Assembly: GCA_043228905.1 (NCBI GenBank)
Contig: JBHGNT010000018.1
Location: 8,866,001-8,930,000, forward strand
Direction of reading: 5' to 3'
Origin: Azolla caroliniana
Taxonomy: Eukaryota > Plantae > Polypodiophyta
DNA length: 64,000 bases
Shown: positions 38,864 through 52,900 of the stretch, in pieces
Layout: each line of letters opens with the position of its first letter
How positions within the stretch are numbered: the first letter of the stretch is position 1
The notes under the pieces: generated by a model
What the model was told of the DNA's origin: nothing
Database searches by the model: none
What the model saw: only the letters and a program-made list of their open reading frames with translations
Program-made: the position numbers and the translations under genes

Positions 38864-39499
38864 TTCTTCTGTATCTGCATAGAAAAGAAAAACATTTAGA
38901 GTGCGATTGTGGAGAAGGTCTAACCCATCTCTCTATATTCTTGTTCTGTGGAAAACACAGATCTTTTGTTAAGTTTGTGCCTCCCCTTTCGGAAAATCCT
39001 TTTTGTTTTTTCTACCTGTGTTTATGGAAATCGTTTGAGTTTATTTGATGCGTTTGAGAGAGCACATACCCGCAGAAATGCGTTCTTTTGGAGGAGAGGA
39101 TTAGGGGTACTTGGAATGTCAGGATCTAAACTTAGAGTTCCCGTGGCGTCAGGTCTGGATCTCTGCAAGTTTTAGAAGAGTGTTACCTTTTTGAAATCTA
39201 GAGTTTTCCAAAGGGTTAAGTGTCAGGCGCCTGGAATTTGGGGGGGTTTCAGGAAACTCAAAGTTTTGAATGTTTTTGGGGAGGGAATTTGTAGAGATTT
39301 TGGCAGAAACACGGAGATGCGAGGATGAAAGGGTGGAATTTATCCGGGTGTGCAGATCAATACATATCTGCGAAAGAAGAAGTCAGGGTTAAAGGACAGA
39401 AATTAGAGAGAGACAGAGAGAGAAGAATGGGAGGGGAGGGGAGGGTTTGACTGCGAACAAGAAAACTTGGCAGCAGGTGAAGGAGTATAGGGTTTAGGT

Positions 39500-39891
39500 C
39501 AAAAGAAGAAGAAGAAGAAGAAGAAGAAGAAGAAGAGATGAGAGCTCAGAGGCTGGCAATGTGGCAAATATTTTAGAGAGAGAGAGAGAGAGAGGGTGGG
39601 ATCTGAGGTATAGCTACTTACTTACTTATTTATTTACTTACTTGGCTGCAGAGTAAGGAGAAGGAAGAGCAAGAAGGAGGTGTGTTCTCTGTTCTGCGTC
39701 TACGAAGAAGAAGAAGAAGAAGAAGAAGAAGAAGAAATGTGAGAGACCTGGCTATGGCGAGGAGGTGAGAGAGTGTAGAGAGAGAGTAGAGAGGAAGTAG
39801 AAGTAGTAGCAGTAGTAGTATTTAAGTAGTCAGTCCCCCCTCTAATTATTTTGATGTTTTTTTTTCTTCTCTGTTTGTTTGTTCGTTGCTT

Positions 39892-39931
<40 letters not shown>

Positions 39932-40620
39932 TCTTCTCTGCTCTTCTTTTCTTTTCTTTTCTTTTCTTTCTCTCTGCTCGTCTTCTGCTTCATCATCTCT
40001 TTTTTTCTCTTCTTTCTTTCTGCCTTTTGCTTTTTGCGTTTCGCCTTTTGCCCCCTTTTGCCCTTTGCGTTTTGCGTTTTGCTTTTTCCGTTTTAAAAAT
40101 TCGGATGGCTTTTCTTTTCCCATTTTAGAGACACGTAACAAAAATGAAGACAATAATATACATATATTATACGAGTGAAATACATTACATAAATCAATTT
40201 GTGCTGTTCTTAATACTTACTTATAATTATTGTTGTTATTATTATTATTTCTCTGTGTGGTGTATGTATGTATGTGTGTGTGTCTGTCCTTCTTCTGTTT
40301 CTTTTTCCTTCCTCTTTATTTATTTATTTATTTTGAATTTTGAAAGAATCCCAAAAGTAGCCGTTCCGCTCCGCGCTCTCTCAAAACTTTTATTTGTTTT
40401 GAAGGAAGGAAAGGAAGAGGGGGGGGGGGGGGGCCTTTTCACACACACACACACACAAAACTCTCGCTTCTTTCCTTCCTCTTTCTCGAGACAACAAACA
40501 CTACACACACTTATACTACATGTATGTACTATGTATGTATATATGTATATATATATGTACATACATATATACATTGGCATATGTATGTATGTATGTATGT
40601 ATGTACATAGAGATAGATGG
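39500..40620. repeat. Microsatellite-rich island: (AAG)n, (AG)n, (CT)n, (CA)n, (TATG)n, G-run
   Basis: Simple repeats directly visible upstream of MAP65. Confidence 0.9.
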
Positions 40621-43600
40621 CCCTCCTCCTCTTCCTTCCCAACCAAGTGTTCTAAACAACTGACATTGCGTGGGATGTGGACAAGCCAATGTAATGTGCA
40701 AAAGGAACCTATATATCTTTCTTTCGTCCCAAGTTCTACAATATAAGATGGCCTAGCCTATATCGTCCATCCCAATCATAAATGCCATGGATTCGCGCAT
40801 CAGCCCTTTTATTGCATGAATGTTGCCATAGTACTCTCGACCCCCCCCCCCCCCTCCCCATCCATTTGTTTCATGTTGGAGTAGACAAATTTCTCTTTGG
40901 GTAGACAATGAACTGATTTGATTAGGCCCAAAGGACACTTTACTGAAGCATATGGTTGTGATACATCCCCGATGGCTGCATGATTATCGCTTCAATTTAT
41001 TGCTTGTGGTACTCATACATTTATGCTTGAGGTTATTTTTGTGGTACTCATAAGTTTGTGCCTTGTAAGGATGCATCATGCCCTTTTGTTCGAGATAATG
41101 AGTGGTCTCGAATAGAGTTCTTGAGCCTTACATTGACCACTCCATTGGCTCCCCTTTAATGCTTCCCTTGGATCTCCTCTAATAGGGTCTTTGAGTTGGT
41201 CCTACCTAGATGATGTGATGACAACCCCTTGTTAATTCATATGCTTTCTCTTTTAAATTTAGGCCCCTTTGATTCGCGTGTGCAGCCTCACTTCACTTCT
41301 GTTACTTCTCCTTTGTGACTGCATGCACTAACTCCCGTGCACCCCTTCAACTTCTTCTTCATTGTCTCCACACCGGGTTAGACAATTGTTCTATCCTCAC
41401 TCCTTAGGGCCCATTCCTCTGATATTCCTATGTGAAACTCTAGTCATGCTTGAAACATGAATCTTTTAGAAATCCTCGTGGCATAAGGATAGAGGTCTTA
41501 TGTTACATATCAATAGTACTTATTCAACTTTAGAGCAACTGTACAAACATTGAGTTAAGAAGTTTATAATGCTCAATATTTATCGGGAATGTAATGAATG
41601 TAGTATTGCAGCATCCTTAAAAAAAACAATGAACTCGAGTAATCACTACTCATTAGTACGATTCATTCATTGGCAAATCCACACCCATTTTTATAAACAT
41701 TACCCTTGTGTTTGTGATCATGTATAAGTCCAGACATGAGACATTCCACGATCTACGAATAACTATCTCACTTGTTAATCATATGTACGTATGGATGTAG
41801 AATGCCTACCCATATAGATTTAGAGTTTACAAGTGACCTCTTCTATTAACGGTCCTCTCACATCCATTCACATTAGGTGCGTTGAATGTCACCATTTTAA
41901 TTGGGTACATTTATGTGCAAGAGATACCATTTACCTATCCCCGATGGGTTGCATTCACATATTGTCAATCTAAAGAACATAAAATTATGTTGATCTAATG
42001 AAAATGTATCACATTTCAAGAGATCATATATAGCCCCGGTCTCGTGTATGTAGATAGTGGAATCCCAAATCATGATCAATCCATAAATATTGTGGATTTT
42101 GTCCAATAGTATATCAATAGAACACAATGCATTGAAATTGGTTCCAACATGAAAACTTGAACATGTACGTACCCCTTTTCCAAATTCCCAAGTTGCTAGG
42201 CAAGATCTATCTACTCAATGAGTTCCCGTTACCATGTTGAATTTGAATGGTGATTTACAATTTCTTGAAATAAACAACAGATCAAAATATTTCTCTCTTC
42301 TATACTAGGACATTTGATCTTGTGATTCCCTCCTCCAAAATTTAGAGGATATGAGGATTAAAAAGACTGAAATATGTCAACTAAACTATAAAAAACTATG
42401 GGCTTTTTGTACATAATCTAGGTAAAGTTTGTTAGTTTAAGATTTGAAATTTCTAGTTCGTAGAAACATGTGATGTGTTGTTAGACATTGTGGCAATAGC
42501 AATGCATACCCTTATGATGACTTTGTTGTTTACAACAAAATATCATGACAATAAGTCTCCTCCCAACACATACTAGGGTAATGTGGTAAATAGAATTGTT
42601 TATGTCTATGATTACATTTTTGTTGTACATATTGGAGTGTAAAGTCACTCTACCTAACTAATGGGAAATATCTTTTCTAAAAAAAATGTCTCTTCCCAAC
42701 AATAAATTATATTCATAATTGAGTGCCTAAGCTTTTTCATAGGTTTCTTATAGGGGCTTCCTATTGATCCCTAAGTTGTTATCCCCATATTTGAATTAGA
42801 ATATCACATAAACCTTAGCCATGTTGAGACTATCTTAGTCCTCACTACCGATAGTATTCATTTGCTCTTTTGAGGTATGTTTTGTATTCATCAGAGGCAA
42901 TTTGTGCATAACTTACACATTATTCGCATCACCATGTAGGCAAGGGGATTGTTTTTAACCCTTGGGTTTGTCGCCATAATTTTAGGAATAGTGCATTATC
43001 TAAAATAAAAATATGAATTTTGAGGTGTGGACATAAGTCTCAAAGTTTTTTTTTTGAAACATTTGAAAACTGTACATGGAGAAAGCAGAAGGAGACATTT
43101 CATCTCACTTCTATCATGATACAAAGGCTAGTATAAGCATATGATTAAATAGATGTTGTCTTATATGAAACAAGTAGAACAATAAATATCAGCTACGCAA
43201 CATAAAAGCAGGTATGGCATAATTCCACTTTAGACCAGAAGTTGTATCCGAAAATAAGTGAAATCCTTGCCATCGGTTTGTAAAGGCTATTTGCTGCCTT
43301 TGCCCCAAAACGTCACCCGAACCCTGCAGATCATCATATTGACCATGTAGTGTGTGGACAAATAACTCTAAGTAGAAGTCTCAAAGTTCAAAAGACCTTT
43401 TAGATTAAAGAGAAGAAGCAAGGTTTTCTACCTCCAACCATATTGTCGTTTCTAGGGTTAAGAACCCTTGAAAGGAAAATCTTTTGATGAACGAAGCATC
43501 TTTCTTTATTTTTTGTTTGGTTCCTTGTTTGTAACGAGGTGTAAGAAAACAAAAGGGAGTGAGAGTTTATACAAATAGATAGATAAGACGTTAGTATACT

Positions 43601-44439
43601 CCTCATTCATAGAGGAATCCATTGAGGCAACATGATACAAATGCTATGTATCCCATTTTCCAAACCATTTCTTCAACAAATCTAGAACCCAACATTTTGA
43701 TTTTACGTGTCTTTTGAATATTTTTACTTGCTTCCCATTGAGTGTATGCACTAATACATATAATAAATCATATGTATTTGTGTCAAAGCGTTTTTCGGAA
43801 ACCACATCTTGCTCTTCCTAGATGGATGCTTTACCTTGTTTGAGGGCACTGTGTGAAAGTTGTGTCCTTGATTTAAGAATTCAATTGATTTTAGGTAATC
43901 CACTTAACGTAGAACGACATGAAAGGTGCTTTGAAAAACATGTAACTTACGATAAGTCAATATAGTTAGGAAATCTCTAGAACTTATTTAAGGAAGAATC
44001 GTTAAGGGTTGTGGTTGTAGTTCCTTCTTTCTTGTATTGATAAAAGATAGCTGAGGCCACCTCCACTCATAGTTTAGGTTACCTTGAAATCTCTGTGCTT
44101 CACATATAGATACAAAGATAATAGCTTTTGCTCTACCTTATATATGATGAGAGCCGTATTTGTCGTGCCTATGTGGGATATCTGACAGTTTTCTCTTTTC
44201 CTTTCACAAACTTTATACCCTCATATCTTGATATCTAGTTGTTTGTTTCTCGTGTAATAAAGTGCATTCGAAAGCTCTTGAAGACCTCCATCATTTTGTA
44301 CTTAGATATTAAACTTATTTAAAATGTTATCTTCACTATTATTGTTTTATGTGATTCATACTCGATTTTGTACGTTTTATGTGATTTTCACACCATTGCC
44401 GAAAATCTTCACGACAACATAAAGAGGACAAGCACAAGA

Positions 44440-45534
44440 CAACATTTCAAACATAACATGGACTATTCTAGTTTAAACGCATGTCGTTTGGACTATCAGA
44501 TGCTGGCATCACATTTCAAAGGATGGCAAACAATATTTTCTTGGACCTAATTTTTCAAAGTGTTGTTTTAGTATATCTAGATGACATATTGATTCACAGA
44601 AATAGCTGGCCAAAACACGTTTAGGTATTACGTGAAGTCCTCCTCCGTAGTCAAAATACAACCTACAATTGCAATTCAAGAAATGTAAGTGGGGTGCAAC
44701 AACACTATGATTTTTAGGTTTCATGATATCAGAACAAGAATACAACTAGATCCAGCGAAGACACGAACTGTTGCCGAATATCCAAAGCCATCCAACGTCA
44801 AGTCCCTACAGAGTTTTCTAGGATTAATGAAAATTTCCCTAAGGTTTAATCCCCAATTAACAACAATTACAACTCCTTTACGGAACCTGTTGAAGAAGGA
44901 CCAACAATACTAGTGCACTAAGGAGTGTGAGAAAAGTTTTCAGAGAATCAAAAAATTAATTACCTCAGCAACAACATTAGCATTCCCTGATCACAGTAAT
45001 ATTTTTTGTCTACAGATAGATGCTTCCAATTTTTGAATTGGTGCAGTCCTTTTGTAGCAAGATGACAATGATAGTTGGCACTTGATTGCCTACGTCAATC
45101 ACGCACTAATAGAATCAGAGTAGAATTATTCAACAACTGAAAAGGAGTTTTTAGCCATGGTATGGTCATTTTAGAATTTCCATCCATACCTACACAACAC
45201 AATGGTGCAGGTAGAGACAGATCATCAGCCATTGATATCCCTAATTCAGAAGACACAACCACCAAGAGGACTACTTTGTTGGGCTCTTGCTCTACAAGAG
45301 TATAAATTCACAATGATCTATAGACGTGGCCAATCCAACATAGTGGTGGATGCCCTCTTACAGATGGAATATCAAGCTGCTCAAGTACGTGCGACTAATC
45401 TTCCACTACATCAACATCAAATAAAACAGATGCAACAACAAGACACAATAATCAAAGAAATTATCCTATGAATTCAGGCTAGTCACGATGCACAACTCAG
45501 TCAAAATTTTATCATGATCGGCAATGTTCTATAT
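44440..45534 (+). mobile_element. Degenerate Ty3/gypsy RT-RNase H fragment
   Basis: VYLDDIL-like at about 44570; PKPSNVKSLQSFLGL; IDASN..IGAVL; NYSTTEKEFLA; VETDHQPL; ALQEYKFTMIYRRG. Confidence 0.8.
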
Positions 45535-45647
45535 TGTTAAAGAGTACATGTGGAAGATTGTGACACAACCGGCTTCACCGGATAACAACCGAGAATATAT
45601 GAAGGTTTAATGGTAAGCTTGGATATACACAGAGAATACGCGGGAGG

Positions 45648-45703
<56 letters not shown>

Positions 45704-46419
45704 ATCTATTTCAAATATAAACATCAATACTCTTGTATAGTCAAATGTGCTTTGTGAGCACTATTTATACATGTCCATAAAGGACTGACCGAAGTACTGA
45801 CAAGTACTTCAATGCTCATAATGGAGTTTGACTGACACTGATTTCTAGGAGCATATAATCTACCTAGTAGACTAGGATCGTAGGCCTCTAATGGCCTACC
45901 GGTTCTACGCTGATTGGACACCAATCCGACTCCCCGTTCCGGATCTTGTTCTCAGCTTATACAACCGATCCGATCCATGTTGAGCTTGTCCTCTCAATAC
46001 TCCCTCTCAAGCTCAACTTGAGGTCAGATCGTGGTGGAAGTCCTTGCCGATGTCATGGTGTGGCATGTGCATTGTGAGAAAAAGCAAGCTTTCACGCACA
46101 TCTTATGAAATAATATATAAATGAAAATAATAATAATAATAAATAACTTATAGTAGCTTAGCGGTTAACGCTTATAAATTTATATAGAGAGGTATAGAGT
46201 TTGAGTCTCTCTTGCTACAAATCAAGGAGCATTTTGCTCCCCTTCCATTTTTGTGATAAAGGAAATAAAAAAAGAAAGCATGTAATGTTAAAATAGGTTC
46301 CTCTTTCCTCTATAAGAGGGGAGGAATAGGGTTTACTATGGGTCGCCCATTTTACCGTAGGGGTGTACCGCTAGGGTTTCATCTTCTTCTCCTCTTCTTC
46401 TTGGGTTAGGGTTTATTGC

Positions 46420-46457
<38 letters not shown>

Positions 46458-46549
46458 ATCTATTTCAAATATAAACATCAATACTCTATACAGTCAAATG
46501 TGCTCTGTGAGCACTATTTATACATGTCCATAAAGGATTGACCGAAGTA
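45535..46549 (-). mobile_element. LTR (about 45535-45996, TG..CA) with adjacent minus-strand PPT and a second partial copy at 46422-46549
   Basis: (AG)n-AACATCTATTTCAAATATAAACATCAATACTC...GAGCACTATTTATACATGTCCATAAAGGA occurs at about 45651 and 46422; minus-strand TTGAGAGGGAGTAT-TG PPT/LTR junction at about 46010-45995. Confidence 0.6.
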
Positions 46550-46928
46550 TTTAACTTACTATACGTAAAATACATATTTTATAAGTATTTAACATATTAA
46601 GAAAACATATTTAATGTATTTTTTAATTGGGAGGAACTATACGGGTATTAATACATTAAATACGTATGGTATCCGTACCGTACCTAACAACCTTGCTTCT
46701 TACCAACTGTTCTGTGCTAGTTCCGTTGAGAGAAGATAGAGTCTTCATTGAAGACTACATTATTACTCCGGATCGGTTTCTGGTTCTCAGGGTCCCATAG
46801 CCTGTAACCAAATTCCCCATCGGTTCCATAATCGAGAAATATGTATCAGTTCCATAACCGAGAAATTTTGTCCTTTTATCCCTGGGGATGAATGCGTAGG
46901 CTTCGTATCTGAATATACAGAGCCTATA

Positions 46929-49900
46929 TGTTATGTACACATAACGTTGGTGAGGGCAGGTCACTAATATTTACATTAGTGAAGGGTATGTTCATTAATG
47001 TTAAAAAGGGGACTAATGATTAGATAGAAGGAATGATAGGTGCATGCACTATCATGATTTGGACAACCAATGCATGGAGAGCCTTTTAGAAAGGCACATC
47101 TATTCAAGGGGCCTAGGAAAAGGTATAAATATGAGGCTTAGCTACCCTTATAAGGACATTATGTCGGAAGGTTGCTGTCTTAGACACCGGTGGTGCGGGC
47201 TAGGCTTTCATCTCGACGATCGTGTTTATCTCTTCCAAGGTATTAGTCATCCTAATATCCGGCGGTATGGGATGTCGGTGGTAGGGTGGCTATGTCTAGA
47301 TCATAGCTCGGGGGTGGTCGGGTGGAACAGGTTCTTCTATCCAATCTATTTTCCTTCTTTTACTTTACTTTGTTCTATTGATTAGTAATAGACTCTTAAT
47401 AATGGTATTAGAGCTTTTACTAACAATTTTTTTTGTTGTTTTGATATTTTTTGTGTGTGAGAGATGGGAATCTAACAAGGCTAATCGTGCTCTTCTCAAT
47501 ATCAAAACAACACTTTAAACCCAATATTCTTCTTTCTCGATCTCTCTTCTTTCTATGATGCGTTCTTGTTGGTCGAATCAAATTTGTATTACGTTTTCTT
47601 TTCTTTTCTTTTCTTTCTTCTTTCTACCACGATATGATTTTAATTATTATTGTGCATCGGGCCGAACGTGTTTGCACTAATCGCACACACTCAAGTCATG
47701 GCCCTTTTGTATATTGCGATGTATCTCCTATCCTCCCCTCTCTTGAGCCTTCTCTTACGATATTAATTATTGTTGTGCATTGGGTCGAGCGTGCTTGCCC
47801 TAATTGCACACGCTCACCTCATGGCCCTTTAGCATATGATGTTGAGTATGCCACTCTTCCCTCTATTGAGCCATCACTTGGATGAGTCTATGGGATGTTG
47901 TGGCCATGACGAGATGTATGTCACCTACCTATGCCACTCTACTCTCTATTGAGTCATCACTTGGCCGATTCTATGGGATGTTGTAATCTTGACGAGGTAT
48001 ATGTCGCTTACCTATGTCACTTTACTCTTTATTGAGCCATCACTTGGCCGATTCTAGGGAGATGTGGTGGTCTTGAGGAGGCGCATGTCGACTACTCTAG
48101 GGTTTCGTACCTTAAGGTATGGTTAATGTTCCATACACCTAATTACTCATTATTCTAATTAATTTCTAATTCCAAAAATTGTCATTTCACTTATATGATT
48201 ATCTCGTAATTATTGTTTACTCGCCCACAATTAACTCTCATTTCCCCCCTTCCTTTTCGTGTATAAAAATATTTACGTGCGTTTACCTATGATGTAACGC
48301 TTCCGTGTAGACTATTTTTTTCGTATGGAGTGGGCATCATGCCGTTTTTTCTGAAAGATTTTTTCCAACGGATCATCTACGTTTAACTCATATTATCGAG
48401 CCTTAGAACTCGAGTAAAACCACATGAGTTCCTCTATTGATGTTTCTTCATGGATTTGAGTACCACATCTTTGCGTATCAATTTGTGGCTTATGTCACAA
48501 TTGTGCAAATTACAACCATCATATTGGGATGTATATATGCATACCTCGCACCTCCCATTTATTTGTGACATTGTGTTTTTAGTAGGTAGCACATGGGTTT
48601 TTTGACCCTTGTTTTCGTCACTACTTGCCTCTAATGGGTAGTGCCTTATTTTATCATTTTTATCATCACATTTTCTTGTTACTCGCAAGACTAGAATATT
48701 ACTTGCCAATGCACTTGTTTTTTTCACGTAATACACTTTCTCGACCATATCAATACAATTTTGGGTTGACATTAATATAAGGCTAACTAGGAAATTACAT
48801 TGATGTTGGAACCATGGTTGAGCCTCGGGGAGCCGCCATGATTACTCAAGATAGAGATCCGAGAAAGACATCTTAACTATGTTTGCCCCCATGGTTTTTA
48901 AAACACCATAGTATTACCATAGTTCTCGGATCTTGAATCACATCTCATATGTCTAGAGGGGTAAAGACGTGAGATGCTTTCTTGGTAAAGTTCTTCCAAT
49001 CAAAATTTCAAGCATTCATTTTGCTTGTGTATTTTCTGAACCTCCTTATTTATATTGCATAACCACAACTTGCATCATGGAACAAGTTTTGAACGTTGTT
49101 GGAGCAATCTCTCTGGCCGAGACCTCTCAACTCCAATCCGCATCTTGCACACATGCTGAGATCACTATTGAGCAATTGCTCACTAATGCCTTGAATCAAT
49201 TGGTTGAAATGAGGCAAGCCAATATGGCATTGGAAAAGAAATTCCAAGAATTGACTATCGAGTCCAAGAAAGAAGGTGAGCCTTCTTTCGTAGTAACGCC
49301 ATTCAAGGGAGATAAGAAAGAAAGAACCGAGGAGGCCATTAGCACTTGGCTTGGTCGTTGGGAGTCTCACTTTGAGCTCCACCCCAAGTTCGATGCTGTA
49401 AACATTGGTTATGTCGGTCGTGAGTTAGGTGGCCAAGCTGCTGCTTGGTGGCGCGGCCTAAGGACTGCAAAGAACTTACCCACAACTTGGGAAGGTTTCG
49501 TTGATGTTTTTAAGAAACAATTTTTGTAGCCACCTTCTCAAACTGAACAAGCGCAACTCTTGCTCACGTTGTCGAGTAAGCCATTTACCTCTCTCGAGGA
49601 TTATGTGCATCATGCTCGAACCTAGATCCAAAAATCGGGACTTACGGGTGAGAAATGGTTTGTTGCTTGCTTTTTGAATGGTATTCCTAATGGGGATTGT
49701 CATTGGATTTTCCATGACAAGGACCCCACAACTTTTGAGAAAGCCATCAACATTGTACTTCGATACCATAGGACTTCCAAGAAAGACCACAATAAACCTG
49801 AGTTCGCCAAAACTCCAAATGTCAAGTTCATTGGGAAAAGTAAGCAATCCAATGACACTCTTGACCGCAACTCCAAGAAACCTAACCTCTTCTGTGCATA

Positions 49901-52900
49901 TTGCAAGAAGTGGGGCCACACAAAGGATACATGTCGTCGTCTTGAGAGGAAGTCAAAGAACACCCCTCCTCAAGACAAATCTACGAGTCACACAAGTGAG
50001 TCTTTTGATGTTGTTGAAGTTCATACCAACCACTTAAGGTCATGTGAATGCACTTTTCCTTCACATTTACTTGGACCTAATGATTTACTCTGAGTAGTCG
50101 GGTATATCAATGGAACACAAGCACATTTCTTGTTTGATTCCGGTAGTTCTCACAATTTTCTTAATGATCATTTTGTGCAGCAAATGGAACTCCACATAAA
50201 CACAAGTGATCATATCTATCAAGTTCACATGGCAAATGGAAGCCTTCAATACATTAGTGGCATTGTTTGTCAACTGCCAATTCAAATAGATACCTATTGG
50301 AGAAGCTTGACTTTCATGTTATGAAACTACAATCTGCAGATGTCATTTTAGGATACCCTTGGTTTTTTAATAAAAACCCTTCTTTGTCCATTGATTGGGT
50401 TAATCACTCAATCACATTTGAACTTAATAATTGTAAACATTTTATTCAATGTTCCAAACTTCCTTTTCGTTCACTTGTGTCTTCTAAATCTTTAAATGAG
50501 TATTCTACTTCATTAATTTATTCGTGTGTAATTGATCTTGCGCTTCAATTTTATTATTTTAATATTGACACCACACCATTACCACATTATGAACAACGAT
50601 TACTCGACTCTATTTTAGATGATTTTCAAGACGTGTTTCCTAACGAATTGCCGCTTACTTTAACACCAAAACTTAATGTGGACCATCAAATTGAACTCAT
50701 CCCTGGTGTTGCTCCTGTGAGCATTCCACCTTACCGACTTAGTCGATTAGAAGAGGATGAGATCGCTAAACAACTTAAGGAATACTTGAGAATGGGCCAC
50801 ATTAGGTATAGTAAATCACCTTGGGGTGCACCAGTTCTATTAGTAAAGAAGAAGGAAGGTTCATGGTGGATGTGTATCAATTATCGCAGTTTGAATATTA
50901 AAATGACAATTCAAAATGCATATCTGTTACCTCGTGCCGATGATTTGATTGATCGTTCGCATGGGCCTGATATTTTACGAAAATTGACATACGAACAAGT
51001 TATAATTAGATTCGCATTGCCGAGGATGATATTCCTAAAACTGCTTTTCGTACGCGTTAGGCCATTATGAGTTTTTAGTCATGCCTTTCGGGTTGAGTAA
51101 TGCTCCAGCCACATTCCAACGAGCGATGAATGACATTTTCCGTGATCAACTCGGTGATTTTGTTGTCGTCTTCTTGGATGATATTTTGATATATAATCGT
51201 ACCTTGCAAGATCATGTTCAACATGTTCGATTTGTTTTGCAAAAGTTGCGTGACAACTCTTTCTAAGGAAAACAATCAAAATGTGATTTTTTCCAAAAAT
51301 CTATCGTGTACCTAGGTCATTTAATTACGGAAAATGGTGTTGAAATTGAACCTTCTCGTATTGAAAAAGTTAAACTTTGGCCCATTTCTTGTAATATTCG
51401 TAAACTACGATCATTCTTAGGGTTTGTTGGATTTTTACGAAAATCAATTCGTAACTATTCCAAATTGACTACGCCATTAACTGACCTTTTAAAAGGTCAT
51501 CCACGTAAGTATGTCAAACCAATTGCATGGAATGAACAACTTGACAAATCATTTGAGACACTCAAAGAGCATGTGTGTCAGGCTCCCACTCTTCTATTAC
51601 CGGACCCTTTTAAGCCATTCTCAATCGAAACCGATGCTAGTGATTATGTTATTGGTGCCGTTCTATATCAAGGCAGTCACCCTATTGCTTTTGAAAGTAA
51701 GAAGCTTGATGCTGCTCAATCTCGGTATTCGGTTCAAGAGAAAGAATTATTTGCGGTAATACATGCACTTAAAACATGGAGGCACTATCTCTATGGAAAT
51801 AAATTTGTGGTTACAATAGACCATCCATCATTGAAGTATTTTTGTGACCAACCAGATCTTGTTGGTCGTAAAGGCCGTTGGGCCAACCTTATGCAAGATT
51901 TTGATTTTTCCATACGGTATCACAAGGGTTCTATGAACACTGTTGTGAACACTCTTAGTCGCATTAAAGAAGTTAACATACTTAGCTTCACGGAAATAAA
52001 ATTTGATCTTTTAGATCACCTTCGAGGGAAATACCTTGATGACAATTATTTTTCGAAATACTGGACGAAAGTTGAATTTGGTTTAGATGCCGATACTAGC
52101 ACCCTACCCTTGAAGGCGACCTTTCACATTACAAACGGTTTGCTCTACCGTAGTGGAAAGGTCTGTGTTCTAGATTTACCAAACATAAAACAAAAAATTC
52201 TTCATGAATGTCATGATGCACCATCTACTAGTCATCTTGGAATAAAACACACACTCATTCTCATCTCGAGTACTTTTTCTGGCCTAAGATGCACTCTGAC
52301 GTGCATAAATACGTAACTCAATGCTTACAATGTCAGATTAAATAGTCGGAACGACTTAAGTTTGCGAGTCTTTTACATCCCTTAGATATTCCCAACAACA
52401 AATGGGAAAGTATCTCAATGGATTTTATTGTTAGTTTACCTCGTACACAGAGGGGTCATGATGCCATTTGGGTTGTCGTTGATAAACTAACAAAATTGGC
52501 TGGATTTATTCCTACCAAAACCACAGTAACCGCTCAACAATTGGCTTATCAATTTGTTGATGAGTTATTTCACTTTTATGGATTTCTGTTGGATATTGTT
52601 AGTGATCGAGATTCCAAGTTTATTGGTGACTTTTGGACTCAGGTCTTTAAGAAACTAGAAACTACGTTGAGCATGAGTTCCGCAGATCATCCTCAGTCTA
52701 ATGGACCAACTGAATGAGTTAATCAAATGATTGAGGACATGCTTCGAGCTTATGTAGCAAAAACCCCTTCTAAGTGGGAGCAATACCTTCCTATCTTAGA
52801 TTTTGCCTATAATAGCTCTAAACATACATCCACTGGATATAGTCCTTTTATGTTGATGTATGGTTTTCAGCCACGTGCCCGAGTTGATGTCATGATTCAT

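Noticed and set aside
39700-40746. Multiple overlapping ORFs up to 200 aa
   Set aside because: Translations of microsatellites (ERERER, SLSLSL, YIYI)
40900-44400. Possible highly decayed TE or solo LTR remnants
   Set aside because: No motif, terminus or TSD could be established by eye
47044-47385. 113-aa ORF, with a 100-aa counterpart at 53633-53935
   Set aside because: Lies inside the two LTRs; the similarity is just LTR identity
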